DNA from: Octopus vulgaris
Taxonomy: Eukaryota
DNA length: 64,000 nt
Reading direction: 5' to 3'
NCBI GenBank assembly: GCA_951406725.2
Contig: OX597833.1
Location: forward strand, 5,394,001-5,458,000
Shown here: positions 32,669-47,170 of the stretch, piece by piece
Layout of the letters: each line of letters opens with the position of its first letter
How positions within the stretch are numbered: the first letter of the stretch is position 1
Translations under genes and position numbers: made by a program
The notes under the pieces: generated by a model
The model's input: only the letters and a program-made list of their open reading frames with translations
What the model was told of the DNA's origin: nothing
Database searches by the model: none

Positions 32669-32674
<6 letters not shown>
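32479..32674 (-). mobile_element. Penelope-like terminal fragment with 63-bp inverted repeat, in (TA)n
   Basis: Arms 32546-32608 and 32612-32674, with a 3-nt spacer and one mismatch. Confidence 0.75.
32564..32612 (-). ncRNA. Type I hammerhead ribozyme-like motif with canonical core
   Basis: Minus strand gcttc-CTGATGA-t ttc tttt gaa t-GAAA-cag ttctagtc ctg-TA-gaagc. Stem I has 5 bp, stem III is acag/ctgt, and the cleavage triplet is GUA. Confidence 0.75.
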
Positions 32675-32736
<62 letters not shown>

Positions 32737-32892
32737 ATACGACGGGCTTCTTTCAGCTACCTTTTACCAAATCCCTCACATGGTTTTGGTCGACCCGGGG
32801 CTATAGCAGAAGATACTTGCCCAAGGTGCCACGCGGTGGGACTGAACACAGTACCACAGCAAGCTTCTTACCACACAGTCACGCTTGCGCCT

Positions 32893-32925
<33 letters not shown>

Positions 32926-32956
32926 GTATATACGTATGTATGTGTGTGTATACATT

Positions 32957-33343
32957 GGAAGCACTCACTCCGTCGGTTACGACGACGAGGGTTCCGGTTG
33001 ATCCGATCAACGGAACAGCCTGCTCGTGAAATTAACGTGTAAGTGGCTGAGCACTCCACAGACACGTGCACCCTTAACGTAGTTCTCGGGGATATTCAGC
33101 GTGACACAGAGAGTGACAAGGCCGGCCCCTATGAAATACAGGTACAACAGAAACTGGAAGTAAGAGTGAGAGAAAGTTGTGGTGAAAGAGTACAGCAGGG
33201 ATCACCACCAACCCCTGCCGGAGCCTCGTGGAGCTTTTAGGTGTTTTCGCTCAATAAACACTCACAACGCCCGGTCTGGGAATCGAAACCGCGATCCTAC
33301 GACCGCGAGTCCGCTGCCCTAACCACTGGGCCATTGCGCCTCC
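32957..33343 (-). mobile_element. SINE family C, full length
   Basis: Minus-strand head ggaggcgcaatggcccagtggttagggcagcggactcgcgg...ggtttcgattcccagacc. The 3' part is homologous to 46890-47170. Confidence 0.88.
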
Positions 33344-34189
33344 ACATGTGTATACATACACACACATATATATGTATGCGTGTACACATGTGCAAAATGG
33401 CTATGATTGTTGTTTTCTACTTATTTTCCCTCCAATCTATAACAACCAATAAACTGGTTTATAATATGGTTGTATTAATAGGGGTTAAAATAGAGGCGGT
33501 GTGCGGCAGTATCCCTGCCCCTCGTATACCCGTGGACTTGATAGCATCCTTAATTATATATATATAAAAAAAACACGACTAGTCGCCTTTGTCTGACCTA
33601 GAAATTATCTACGGCAAATATAATTTTATAAGATAAAACACGTCTAAAGACATAAATAAATTAACTAGTGGCGGTCGTTATAGGATTGTATTGTATTGTT
33701 GTTTTAAAACTAATAGCAACGCTAATTAGAAGTAACTGTTTCGTATTAGCTTCAAAGCAACATTAACGCAATCGCCATTATGGTTTATATTTGAACTCGA
33801 AGTAATAAAATATAAAGGCATAATTATTTTATTTATTATATTACAGTCGTATTATTATTGTTATTTTTTTTAATTTTATGTTTTATTAAAAAAATATAAA
33901 ACTCGTTCATAACTGCCAAATTATCCAAGTTGTGCATATTTTAAATGAATTATCTAAAACATAAAATTGTTTTCTCTTTAAAAAAAAAAATCTAATTGGG
34001 AACAGACGAAATTTGAAATGACGGGTTTAAAAGCAAGGAAAACATTTCCTCCTAAAGAAAATACAATTATTTCTGCGCATGCGTAAAAGATAATAAGGCA
34101 TTTGTCTCGAAAATGTTAAATTAAAAACAGAATTAGTCTTGAGAAAAGTTAATTAAAACAGAATCGCTCAAATTATATTAAATAGTTGC

Positions 34190-34650
34190 ATAATATTGGC
34201 TCCAAATTTTGGCTCAAGGCCAGCAATTTCGATGAAAGTGATAAGTCGGTCACATCAACCCCAATATTCAACTGGTATTTATTTTATCCAAAGTCGACCT
34301 CGGCAGAATTTGAACCCAGAATGTAAAGACCGACGGAAAACCTTTAAGCATTCAACCCGGCGTGCTAACGATTCTGCCAGCTCACAGCCTTGTTCTTATA
34401 ACTAATCAACTAATTAATAATATCAAGTAATTAATAATATATTAACTAATTAATAACTCGTACAACTACATTCAATATTGATTTCAAATTTTGGCACGAG
34501 GCCAGCGATTTCGGGGGAGGGGCTGAGTCTATAAAATTGACCCCAGTGCTTAACTGGTACTTAACTGGTACACCGCTGGCATTTGAACTCAGAACATGAA
34601 AACAGACGAAATGCCGCTAAGCATTCTACCTGGCGTGCTCAGATCTGCTA
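34190..34650 (-). mobile_element. Two diverged SINE family B copies (about 34190-34388 and 34478-34650)
   Basis: caaattttgg..aggccagc...actggta...tttgaac.cagaa...aagcatt...cggcgtgct occurs in both. Confidence 0.75.
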
Positions 34651-35109
34651 CCTATAGAAATACGCTAAACCTCATATTCAAACAGGCTACCCGACATAGT
34701 TGCATGAAATCATACGCTAATACACTTTAATCTCTATCCCACAGACGCGCTTTCCCCTCATCGTACCTTTTACGCCGCTAATACAACTACCCCCGCTCCT
34801 CAGAGATGTCTTGTCTTGTTTCCTCTAAACTTATGTCCTCCTCCTCCCGTCTCTCACTCAATTCTCATCCCTTCCGCACCCATATTGCGTCCATCAACAC
34901 CTTAGTTCAGGGATTAGTCCCCCACACTAACCTACTGACGCAGTGGGACGTGGTAGTGACTTATAAAAAACATTTAGTATTCTTCATAGAATATTGTGTT
35001 TGCATAGCGAAGTACCACGTACCTACAAACCTTTAATGTTTACATACCAGCTCCAGGAATGCGTCTAATATGCAAATTGGTATATCCAATAACTTAACAC
35101 CGCTGTGTT

Positions 35110-35199
35110 CGGAGACAGAAGTGGGTTAGATGAGCGCTGATGAAATGGCAATAATCCCCGAAATATGGTATATACACCAATTACCCACTTTTGTCTCCG
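35110..35199 (+). ncRNA. Degenerate type I hammerhead-like motif with long outer stem I
   Basis: cggagacagaagtgggt ... CTGATGA ... GAAA-tat ggt ata-TA ... acccacttttgtctccg. The 17-bp outer stem is intact; stem II and inner stem I are decayed. Confidence 0.5.
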
Positions 35200-36100
35200 A
35201 TCTCATTGCTTGTTTTTATGTGACATCTCGATACGAAATGTTGTAGCAAACAATCAGTGCTGGCTTTAAGTTCTATAGAATATCTGTAGAAACAGTCTTG
35301 GAAATAACTTACCGGGATGTCAGTCTATTAGAATTTTACCTCAACACATGGATTTCCTGCAGCAATAATTTGGTAGCAACTTCAGAAAAAATTGAAAAAG
35401 GAAATAAGTACTGTTTGGCCGTTATAGGTTTTGGAGGATTTATAAATATCGTAGTATGATTTCCTCTTGACCCCTGATCGAAGTTATAGAATGAAATTTA
35501 AGCATTCCTTTGCATAGTGAACCGTTTTTTCGGGATTATGAGATGGAATATGAATGTGAATGAAATATGAATGGAGACTCTAATATTGATTTAACGATGG
35601 TACATGTGGCGCCATCTGATCACAAGTTCTAATCATCGATGAAAGCATTCAGTAAAATTCGAACTATGAACCTCAATTTCCCATCAGTAATATATACATC
35701 TAGGTCGGGCATATGCCATCGGCAATGTGGACGCCATGAAATGGCGAATGTTTGTTTGTGCGTACGTAATGTATGTACATACACACACACACATATACAC
35801 ACACACGCATATACACACACATGCAAAAATATACATAAAACGAACATACAAACACAAACATATGTGTGGGCGTGCGGATGTATACATATATCCGCATACA
35901 CACACACACATACATACATACATACATACATACATCAATAAATACATACATTCAAACATACATACATACATACATACATGCATGTATACATACATACATA
36001 CATATACATACAAATACGTACATACAATAATACATACATGTATATATACATATATGTGTGTGTGTGCGTGCGTGTATGAAAATATATACATACAAATATG

Positions 36101-36152
<52 letters not shown>

Positions 36153-36405
36153 CATAATATACATGTACATACATAAATACATACATGTATACATACATAT
36201 GTGTTTGCGTGCGCGCATGCGTGTGTATGTATGCATGTATGCATGTTCATGTATGTATGTGTGTGTATGTGTGCGTATGTATGTGTATGCGCCTCGGTGT
36301 GTCTGTGTGGGTGTGTTTGCGCGCCTCCGTTGTATGTGTGTGTGTATATGTGTATGTGTGTGTGTGTGCGTATGTATGTGTATGTGTGTGTGTGGGTGCG
36401 TAAGT

Positions 36406-36444
<39 letters not shown>

Positions 36445-37015
36445 TGTGTGTGTGTGTGGTGGCAAGTGGGTGGTTGATGGAAATTCCTGTGTAAAATTAT
36501 GAGTGACAATCGTAAGGAAAGCCTAACCCCTAAACGGGGGAAAGGATTAAGGTTTCTGACAACGGACATAAATGTCAACATTGGCAGAACGTGTGAAGAC
36601 AACAACGGGTCATATTCTTCAACCGTTTACAATTACAACTCTCTCCGTAGGCTTATAACTCACGGCAATGCTTTTACATTATTCTATGTTAAACATAACA
36701 TCGTTAGCTCACGTGGTACAGGGTGGTGGTTTAATGGTTAACCGCAGAAAGATCCTTTGATAGAAGTTTCAAATACTGGGCTTGTTTGTTTATTGTTTTG
36801 GTTTGTGTGAACGATGTTTCTTATGAGATTTGATCCGAATGACAGTGCTCCGTATAGACACAGATACAAATACACCCTCGGGTGCATACACACAAGCAAA
36901 CATATATCATCTGTATGTCTGTATAATGTGTTTTGGACTCCCTTCGCTACCACGGTGCCGCAAGAGCGCTGTTTTTAAATCTTGGGTAGCGCAAAATATT
37001 TCTGTCAGAGAGAGA

Positions 37016-37077
<62 letters not shown>

Positions 37078-37466
37078 GCGAGAGAGGAATCGGTTTCAGT
37101 GTCAGACTAGTATTTTGTTTAACGACCAAGAAAGCATAAAAAGCAAAATAGAGATCGATGGGATTTGAACGTAGAAAGCAGACGTCAGGAACGATTATTG
37201 CCAAGTAAACTGTACGACGTTCTATTGACTCCGCCACTTCGCTACCCGCGTGCGCGTGTGTATGTCTATGTGTGTACGTAAATCGAGCTAGCAGACTTGT
37301 TAACACGCCGAACAACATGCCCAGCAGCGTTTCATCCGGCTCTTTACATTCTAATTTCATATCCTACCGAGATCAACTTCACCTTGTACCTACAGTAGAA
37401 AGAATATATACACATATATATGTATAAGTCATGTCTCGACTTTCTCACTTAATATACATACATGCG

Positions 37467-37497
<31 letters not shown>

Positions 37498-37586
37498 AAT
37501 TATTATTTTAATATATAAATGACTTATTTTCATGCTGATTACCTGATAATTATCATTAACGTGATTTTTATCCTTATTTTTTGAAT

Positions 37587-37627
<41 letters not shown>

Positions 37628-37681
37628 CATGTATATACATACATACACACATACATACATACACACATACACATATATATG

Positions 37682-37752
<71 letters not shown>

Positions 37753-37923
37753 ATATTTACATATATATACATATACATATATTTATATATATATATATAT
37801 ATAAATATATGCACACACTTCATATTCTTTTATTCTTTTACATATGTATATATGTTTATATATTATATATACACACATATGCATACATATATATATATAT
37901 ACACATACACACACACATCTTTG

Positions 37924-37958
<35 letters not shown>

Positions 37959-39078
37959 GTGTGTGTATGTCTTAGTGCTTGCCATTGTGTGCGTGCGTTG
38001 GCGTATGTGGACCAGTATACGGTTGTTTGTGTGCGTATGAATGTGTTGTGCTGAATTATGGAGCGAGAAACATTTACATTTATTAAAACTTGAATTACAG
38101 GAATGAACTAATTATGAAAATTAATAAAACGTGAGTGTCAGTTACGTTGAAATTAGTTGAAAGCTTTTCACTGACGTACGCTGATAGTTTAGTATTTCCA
38201 TTTAGAAACAGCTGCTACTCATTGGAGGTGAATGAGTTAAAGAAATATTTTTTATTCAGCCTCAACGCTCACTCTCTCCAACTTTACTCTATCGCTACAA
38301 TGATGGCCGCTTCGGAAATGATTGGGTCCCCGCCATTTATATTCCGGACCCTCTGACCCATTCGTCTCTCGGTTTCTTACTTTCCCGATCCTTTATTTGA
38401 AACAGCTGCTCTACAGAATCGCTCGTAATGTTAGAAATCGGGATGGAATCTTCCTCGGGTCAGGCTCCACCTTCATGCTTGGTATTTTTGTGATTATTTA
38501 TTCCTAATAAAATTATCTCCCCTTGATCCTTGAGAGTCGCTAATAATTATCACTTGCTTTTGTTTTACGTCTTCCTTTTATTTCTTCAAATAAGAGGCAA
38601 ATTTTAATCAATTTATTTTAATTAATGTCATTACGTCACTCTGTACATCATCATCTAACAATTTGGCTAAATGCTTCCTGTATACCTGCACGAATACACA
38701 CACACATACATACACATACACACACATACACACACACACACACACACACAAACCATAACAAGCCAGGAGGTAACTGGTTAGATAAAGGTATTCATATCCC
38801 ATACCACTCTTGAAATAAATTTCATCGATCGGATCCCTTGGGTTTCAGCTACATAGAACTTAGCATTATTCTCATTCGTATTGGATTACACTGTGGTCTG
38901 TTAGCCGAGTCAGATAGAGGAGCTTATTATGAAAGCAACAACGCGTGTCTAAGAATTCATATATTATATTACAAATATATATAAATATATATACATATTT
39001 TCTGACGTGAATTTGCTACCCAGGTATCGGTTAATTATCCATACTAAGATAATACATTCAACTACTATATACATACAT

Positions 39079-39130
<52 letters not shown>

Positions 39131-39281
39131 ATGTATGTATGTATGTGTGTATGTATATATATATATATATGTATGTATATATATATGTATGTATGTATGC
39201 ATATATATATGTATATATGTATATATGTATATATATGTATATATTAAATACCATATTCATTTGAATCTAAATTGTTTTGTA

Positions 39282-39347
<66 letters not shown>

Positions 39348-39362
39348 ATATATGTATGTATG

Positions 39363-39405
<43 letters not shown>

Positions 39406-39725
39406 AATCTTACTGCTAAAAGATTTGGGTGTGTGCTGCGTACCGTTACTTAATAAATGAAAAAAATGGCATAGTAAAAATACTGCGACAGATAAAAAAA
39501 ATACTTCTACGCATACTGAGTGTACAACTGGAAGGGAGACAGACACAGAGGGTCCCTAATTCTTCATCAGTTACAAACCAAAATGGTAATACTCAGTCTC
39601 GGACCAATAATGATGAGACTGAGAACTTCCCATGACCCTCTCTGCTTGTTCCCCGCCCCCCCCCCCCGGTTGCATCATCAATATACGCATGCGCCTTATT
39701 ATCTATCGTTGCTTAGTTACAATGC

Positions 39726-39768
<43 letters not shown>

Positions 39769-39789
39769 TGCATAGATGCATACTTTCCA

Positions 39790-39915
39790 ACCACCTTGGG
39801 CAATTGTCTTCTAGTGTAGAATAAATGGGGGAGGGGTCGATTTCTTCGACCAGAACCCTTTAAGGCGGTGCTCCAGCATGGCCGCAGTCACAATGACTGG
39901 AACAAGTAAAAGAGT
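39790..39915 (+). mobile_element. SINE family A fragments, mainly the 3' end
   Basis: ggcggtgctccagcatggccgcagtc...aacaagtaaaagag. Confidence 0.8.
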
Positions 39916-39931
39916 ACATATATATATATGA

Positions 39932-39964
<33 letters not shown>

Positions 39965-40006
39965 TATAGATAGATAGATAGATATAGATATATATGTATG
40001 TATGTA

Positions 40007-40198
<192 letters not shown>

Positions 40199-40703
40199 AT
40201 GCATATATATTGTATACACACGCACGCACACACACACACATGCACACAAACACACACACACACACACATATCCATCCATTATCGCCATTATCAGTCGGTT
40301 CTCAGTTGACAGGTGTGTTATCAAGTCGTTATATCTACGCAGGGTGGGGTAGATTTGTCAAGGGTATTAAGGGGTTTGTAACGATATAATAATCCCTCTA
40401 CAAGTTAACATCAGATTTCAGATGTTCCTTCAAGACAACTGAATCAGCATCCCATTTCTCTATCTCGGCTTCAGCATCTCCAGCCGAGTTTACACAAGAT
40501 GGCACCACGGGGCTACATCTCTGTCTATGGTTTTCATTTGTCTCCAGCCTTATCTCCCTCACTCTCTCTTTCTCTCTCTCGCTTTCTCTTTCTCTCTCTT
40601 TGTATGTATACATGTGTGTGTGTTCTGTTTTGGTTTTGGTTGTCCTAATTCTTCCTTTTTTGCTCTTTGTCTCTCGGTTTCGTTCTCATTTTCTATCTAT
40701 CTA

Positions 40704-41337
40704 TTGCCGTTTGTGCGGCGTGTTTTCCCGTAGCTCCCCTCCTTGGCCGAACTACAGTCATGGATCAACTATAGAGACCGAGGCTAGGCGAATGGCACCG
40801 CGACTGTCGCGTTGCTCTCAGGCAACTCTACCGTCCGGGACCAAATTTGTGCGACTTCATTACAACAAAGCCGTTCTATAGAGGATTAGTGGAGGGGAGG
40901 TGCGACGACGTTCTCGGGCAGAATCTGGGCGTCGACGAAGAACACTTGTCCCACCTGTTCAGGACAATTTTCGGGCCGGGACCTATGAACAATCACCAAA
41001 GATCCCTGGCCTGGCAGTGCTGTCGAGAAGCATTACCTGTTCGGGATAAGCTCTAAAGGTACTGTTCGAGACACACTGGACTGACTTGCCCGAGATGCGG
41101 TCGGAGCGACGAAACCGTTCTGCACGCACTCGTGTAGTGTCCAACCATTTCGGACCTGTGATCTTATGCCGAACGGAGCTGTCACGTGTGGGACGAGTCC
41201 GCCTGTCGGCCGAGTCTGTCATGTAATTCGCTTCGCCCCCTTCCCTCAACCGTGAAGGCAAGGCAGTTTTCATCGTACTGGTGGCCATAGTGAAAGAAAG
41301 TGTGTGGTGGACTCGAGCGAAAGGATTAGAGACAAAC
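40704..41337 (+). pseudogene. Older L1/Tx1-like LINE ORF2 C-terminal fragment (zf-RVT/CCHC region)
   Basis: TTKPFYRGLVEGR...RSLAWQCCREALPVRDKL...CPRC.RSDETVLHAL..CP, with stops. Begins right after ctatctatctat. Confidence 0.8.
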
Positions 41338-41344
41338 CAGCGGC

Positions 41345-41505
41345 GATTCGTGTCCTTGGGTAAGACCTTTTATTTCAAGTTGCACCAGTCTACTAAGCCG
41401 GCAAAATGAGTTGTACCCGTAATACAATGGGCCAGCCTTGTCACATTTTTTGTGTCACGCTGGAACTCCTTGAGAACTATGTTGAGGGTTGCATTGTCTG
41501 TAGAA
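41345..41505 (+). mobile_element. SINE family C body fragment
   Basis: gtgtccttgggtaagac...gggccagccttgtcaca...gtgtcacgctg. Confidence 0.7.
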
Positions 41506-41595
41506 ATATATATGGCGTGGAATGATACACGTAATGATGTCGTTGCGAAGAAATTGGCGTAATTAGCATCTCATTAACGTAATCTGGTAATCAAC

Positions 41596-41633
41596 GTGAT
41601 ATAAACGATAAATCAACTTATCGTTTATATCAC
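41596..41633. repeat. Perfect 16-bp inverted repeat (hairpin)
   Basis: gtgatataaacgataa-atcaac-ttatcgtttatatcac. Confidence 0.9.
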
Positions 41634-41799
41634 TACCGTTTCCTCTACTTGAACCATAAACCCTGAAACAAAATGACCTACATTACTGAAGTACCCCATC
41701 TCCTACTACCCTTCTAGACTTCACATATAATTATGAAACGAATAAGAAAAGAAATACATACATACATACACAGAATATATATATATATGTATGTATGTA

Positions 41800-41877
<78 letters not shown>

Positions 41878-41878
<1 letters not shown>

Positions 41879-42252
41879 GAACAGGCATGGCTATGTGGTA
41901 ACAAGTTTGCTTTCCAACCACACGGTTCTGATTTCAGTTCTACTGCGTGGCACCTTGGGCAAGTGTCTTCTACTATAGCTTCGAGCTGATCAAACCCGTG
42001 TCAGTGAATTTGGCAGATGGAAACTGAAAGAAGCCCGTAGTGTGTGTGTGTATCAATGCATGTGTGTCTTTGTGTCAGTGTTTGACACCCACCACCGTTT
42101 GACAACACGTGTTGGTCTATTTGCGTCCCTGTAACTTCGCGGTTCGGCAAAAGAGACCGATAAAATAAATACAAGGCTTTAAAAGAATAAGTACTGGTGA
42201 CGATTCTTTCGACTAAGATTCTTCAATGCAGCGCCCCAGCTATGGCCGCAGT
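41878..42252 (+). mobile_element. SINE family A, diverged, near full length
   Basis: Collinear with 9156-9566. Confidence 0.85.
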
Positions 42253-42257
42253 AAGAG

Positions 42258-42326
<69 letters not shown>

Positions 42327-42410
42327 TATTTGTGTGTGTGTGTGTGTGTGTATAGATATGCACACAAACACACACACATACTCACTTAGACACAGCGAGA
42401 GACAGAAAGT

Positions 42411-42464
<54 letters not shown>

Positions 42465-42847
42465 GGAGATTAGGACTGGTATGAGACTTAGTATTGCCGC
42501 AAACATGTAAATAAAATTTTCGACCTCATTAAGTATTTGAATATGTATGTTAATGAATTAGTGAGGATGGATGGGGCTTATTGTTGACATGTTTTCTCAT
42601 ACTGTTGTAATTGATGCGGTTGATGTTCAGTTGAAACAGAGAGAGAGACCACATTTTGTTCAGTCGGTATATTTCCGTTTGTGTATTGAAATATCCACGA
42701 ATTAAAAAAAAAAACCCCATCCGAGGTAGACGTCCCAGTGTAGGAACTTTCTCTTGTTCCTTGTCTTCTTCTTTACTCCTGCCTCACTGAATTGAACGTC
42801 GTCCACTATTGATCCATTTGTAAGAAATTAAGAACCAGGATAATTAA

Positions 42848-43078
42848 GGTGGCGAGCTGGTAGAATCGTTAACACGCTGTGCGAAATGCTTAGCGGTATT
42901 TCGTCTGCCGCTACGTTCTGAGTTCAAATTCCGCCGAGGTCGACTTTACCATTCATCCTTTCGGGGTCAATAAATTAAGTACCAGTTACGCACTGGGGTC
43001 GATGTAATCGATTTAATCCCTTTGTCTGTCCTTGTTTGTCCCCTCTATGTGTAGCCCCTTGTGGGTAGTAAAGAAATA
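42848..43078 (+). mobile_element. SINE family B, full length
   Basis: ggtggcgagctggtagaatcg...gagttcaaattcc...aaagaaata. Confidence 0.9.
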
Positions 43079-43099
43079 GTTAATAACCAGGATCCTCTT

Positions 43100-43470
43100 C
43101 ATTATTTTCAAGCCATTCTTGAGCATTTTCTACAGTCTTTCTCACCAGTTTCCAACATTGGCAATACAATTTACCTCAATTCCTTCACGATTGTCCTCTT
43201 TTACTCCGGCCTTACTCTGCCAAACCTCGAAGGGATTTCAATAGCCAGGATCACCGTTATTATTTTCAAGTAATTCCCGAGAATCTTCTTCAGCTATTAC
43301 TTTACTTTCCAGCATTTATAAGGCAATTTGATTCGATTCCTTTGAGATCTAAACCAGCTTCATTGTTATACAACTACTTCTAACCTGCTGGTTCTGACTA
43401 CGCTGCATTGATAAAGGGCAACAACCCTGAAACATGTCTGCAAGGTGAAGCGGCTGACCTCCCCTGTTCG
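43100..43470 (+). mobile_element. Decayed Penelope-like element 3' end: GIY-YIG C-terminal remnant plus pseudo-LTR
   Basis: AILEH...GNTI.LNSFTIV...L.NLEGISIAR resembles the PLE endonuclease C-terminus (SAI.EH...GH....F.I......L...E.I.I....P.L). It is followed by a hammerhead motif. Duplicated at about 49091-49461. Confidence 0.6.
43404..43442 (+). ncRNA. Minimal type I hammerhead ribozyme-like motif, U3-A8 variant, GUC site
   Basis: tgca-TTGATAA-aggg caacaa ccct-GAAA-catg-TC-tgca. Identical copy at 49395-49433. Confidence 0.7.
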
Positions 43471-44316
43471 AAGGTTGTAATGGACGCAGGTTCGTGTGTC
43501 ATATAGCTAGCTAGAGGCGGTGGCCTCTTGGAGCTAATCAGCGACAGCTTTAGTCTTATATTTAGACTGCCATATTAGTATGGCGATAACTATTAATATC
43601 CAGTAACGCTGCCGTAATCTCCTTTAGAGAGACTTAGTAATTTTAATACTTCTAACCATTTAACAAATCTCCTTCAAATTACAGATTTAATTTTGTGGAC
43701 CTTTAAATTTTAAAAGTGCTCCCGAACTCCTTTATCTTTTTCTACATCTTCTCTGTGCTTTCAGCAAACATTAAAATCTTCTTATCTTCTCTCTTGCAAG
43801 GTTACAATTATCCCTTTTTCCATTGATCGAATCACTAAGGAAGTAGCAAACCTCGCTCCCTACTAAATTAAAACAAACATAAAGACACTCAATCCCGGAA
43901 GCCCGGTTAAATAACTTCCGGGTAGGGGTGTTGTCAAGAAGCCACAACGAGATCAACTTTGCCTTTCATCTTTACTAAATCGTTAAAATAAAGGATCAGT
44001 TTACTGGGGGGGATAATATCGATTGAAACACTCCCCTCAAAATTACACGCCTTGTGTCTAAATTTCAAGCAATTTTTAGAGAGAAATCTTTAGACAAAAC
44101 ATACATACATATACATATATATATAATTATATCATGAGAGATAAGGCGAAAGCGACCTGTCTCCGGCATGCTTAAAGTGCCGATACCTTCAAAAAACTAC
44201 TAAAAACTCCAACTAAATATACACACGACTGAAGGCGGGGTAGTGACAGAAAATTAAAAAGACTCCACATAAATTATGAATTGGTTACAATTTCTGAATT
44301 AATATATATATATATG

Positions 44317-44430
44317 CGACGATGATCCGGTTCTTGACTGAAGATTGAGGGCTTCGAATGTCCCGTCCGTGTTTTTTGTATCGTCTTCCTAGTGTTTTGC
44401 GTTCTTGTCCCAGTTTGTATTTTTCTACAT
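44317..44430 (+). mobile_element. Short (TA)n-embedded element (family H2) with decayed hammerhead-like core
   Basis: gac-TGAAGA-ttgagggcttc-GAAtgtc. Homologous to 57295-57397(-) and duplicated at about 50308-50421. Confidence 0.5.
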
Positions 44431-44610
44431 ATAATAATAAGATATATATATATATATATATATATATTGATTTGAAAACCCCACTGGAATGGGAGAAAGC
44501 GCTAATCATCTGAATGATATGATCTGAATGATATGATATATATATGTAAAAAATGTAATAAATAAATATCTATAAATATGAACCATCCGATCTTCTGATT
44601 ACCTCATTTC

Positions 44611-44659
<49 letters not shown>

Positions 44660-44844
44660 GAAATACGAAGTAGAAAAACAGCCAACAACTGATGAAGAGT
44701 CGTTTTTTCGTGTTGTTTGTCTTTTTTTCCGTTTGTTCGCAAAAAAAGGTCGTATTTCATGTTGTTTACGTTCCGTGGTGTCCTGGGCCCATATATGCAT
44801 GTATATACAAATATGTGTATGTACATATATATGCGTATGTATGC

Positions 44845-44877
<33 letters not shown>

Positions 44878-44879
<2 letters not shown>

Positions 44880-45074
44880 CATATTTGAAAAAGGAAAAAA
44901 ATGACTTGACTGGTAGTTGTAATTAATTTAATTTTCTAATAATACAATATAAGCTAATTTTACTGTTTGGTTTGTAGATCCACAAACCAAACTGTAAAAT
45001 TAACTTGTATTATTAGAAAACTAAATTAAATAGAACTACCAGGGTAGCCATTCTTTTCCTGTTTCAAATATACC
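44878..45074. mobile_element. About 200-bp foldback palindrome (MITE-like)
   Basis: ggcatatttgaaaaagg...gtttggtttgtagat|ccacaaaccaaac...cctgtttcaaatatacc, self-complementary along its length. Copy at 50869-51065. Confidence 0.8.
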
Positions 45075-45123
45075 TAACTGTACCAAGGATTTCTCACACT
45101 TTCCAATACACACACATGTATGA

Positions 45124-45246
<123 letters not shown>

Positions 45247-45250
45247 GCAC

Positions 45251-45300
<50 letters not shown>

Positions 45301-45364
45301 CTCTATGTATCTATCTATCTGTCTATCTATCTATCTGTCTATCTATCTATCTATCTATCTATCT

Positions 45365-46452
<1,088 letters not shown>

Positions 46453-46465
46453 CCTATCTATCTAC

Positions 46466-46584
<119 letters not shown>

Positions 46585-46889
46585 CATATATGGAAGCGCG
46601 TTAGATCAGAAACGAAGTGATTGAAGAACCAGTCAGAAAAAAATATCTCTGGAGTAAACCACGCATTCTTTGGGTTGGTGTACAGAAGGGGTAATTGATA
46701 CATAATATCTCTAAGGGTATTTTTTTTTTTTATATTTCCCTATCATCATGGACTTCCGGTAATGAAAGCTATCAACATTTTCGCAAAAGATTAAAAAACA
46801 ACAATTCGCTCCTTATGTGACTTGCGACCAAGGGGACTGTGTTCATGTTTGTGGGGCGTCATGTTCACATGAACAGAACGGTGTTAAAA

Positions 46890-47170
46890 CTGGCACTCCG
46901 TCGGTTGCGACGATGAGGGTCCCAGTTGATCCGATCAACCGAACAACCTGCTCGTGAAGTCAACGTGCAAGTGGCTGCGTATTCCACAGACACGAAGCTC
47001 ACCCTTAACGTGGTTCTCGGGGAGGTTCTGCGTGATACAGAGTGTGACAAGGCTGGCCCCTTCGAATTACAGATACCACACATTTTTGCCAGCCGAGTGG
47101 ACTGGAGCACCCTAAAATAAAATGTCTTGCTCAAGGACACAACGCATCGCCGGGAATTGAACTCACGACT
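46890..47170 (-). mobile_element. SINE family C (duplicate at about 52888-53168)
   Basis: Homologous to the 3' part of 32957-33343, with a B-box-like gtgagttcaattcccg on the minus strand. Confidence 0.82.

Noticed and set aside
33265-33343. tRNA-like sequences (also 11645-11715 and the heads of SINE A and B)
   Set aside because: They run into SINE bodies and lack a proper acceptor stem, so they are SINE heads rather than tRNA genes.
38290-38480. GC-richer unique segment as a possible exon
   Set aside because: No recognisable protein motif or clear splice sites in the frames examined.
44685-44710. caactgatgaagag in a (TA)n-embedded island; similar partial motifs at 48440-48470(-) and 44150-44195(-)
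   Set aside because: Only half of the core is present. These may be decayed PLE ends, but I cannot support them as ribozymes.
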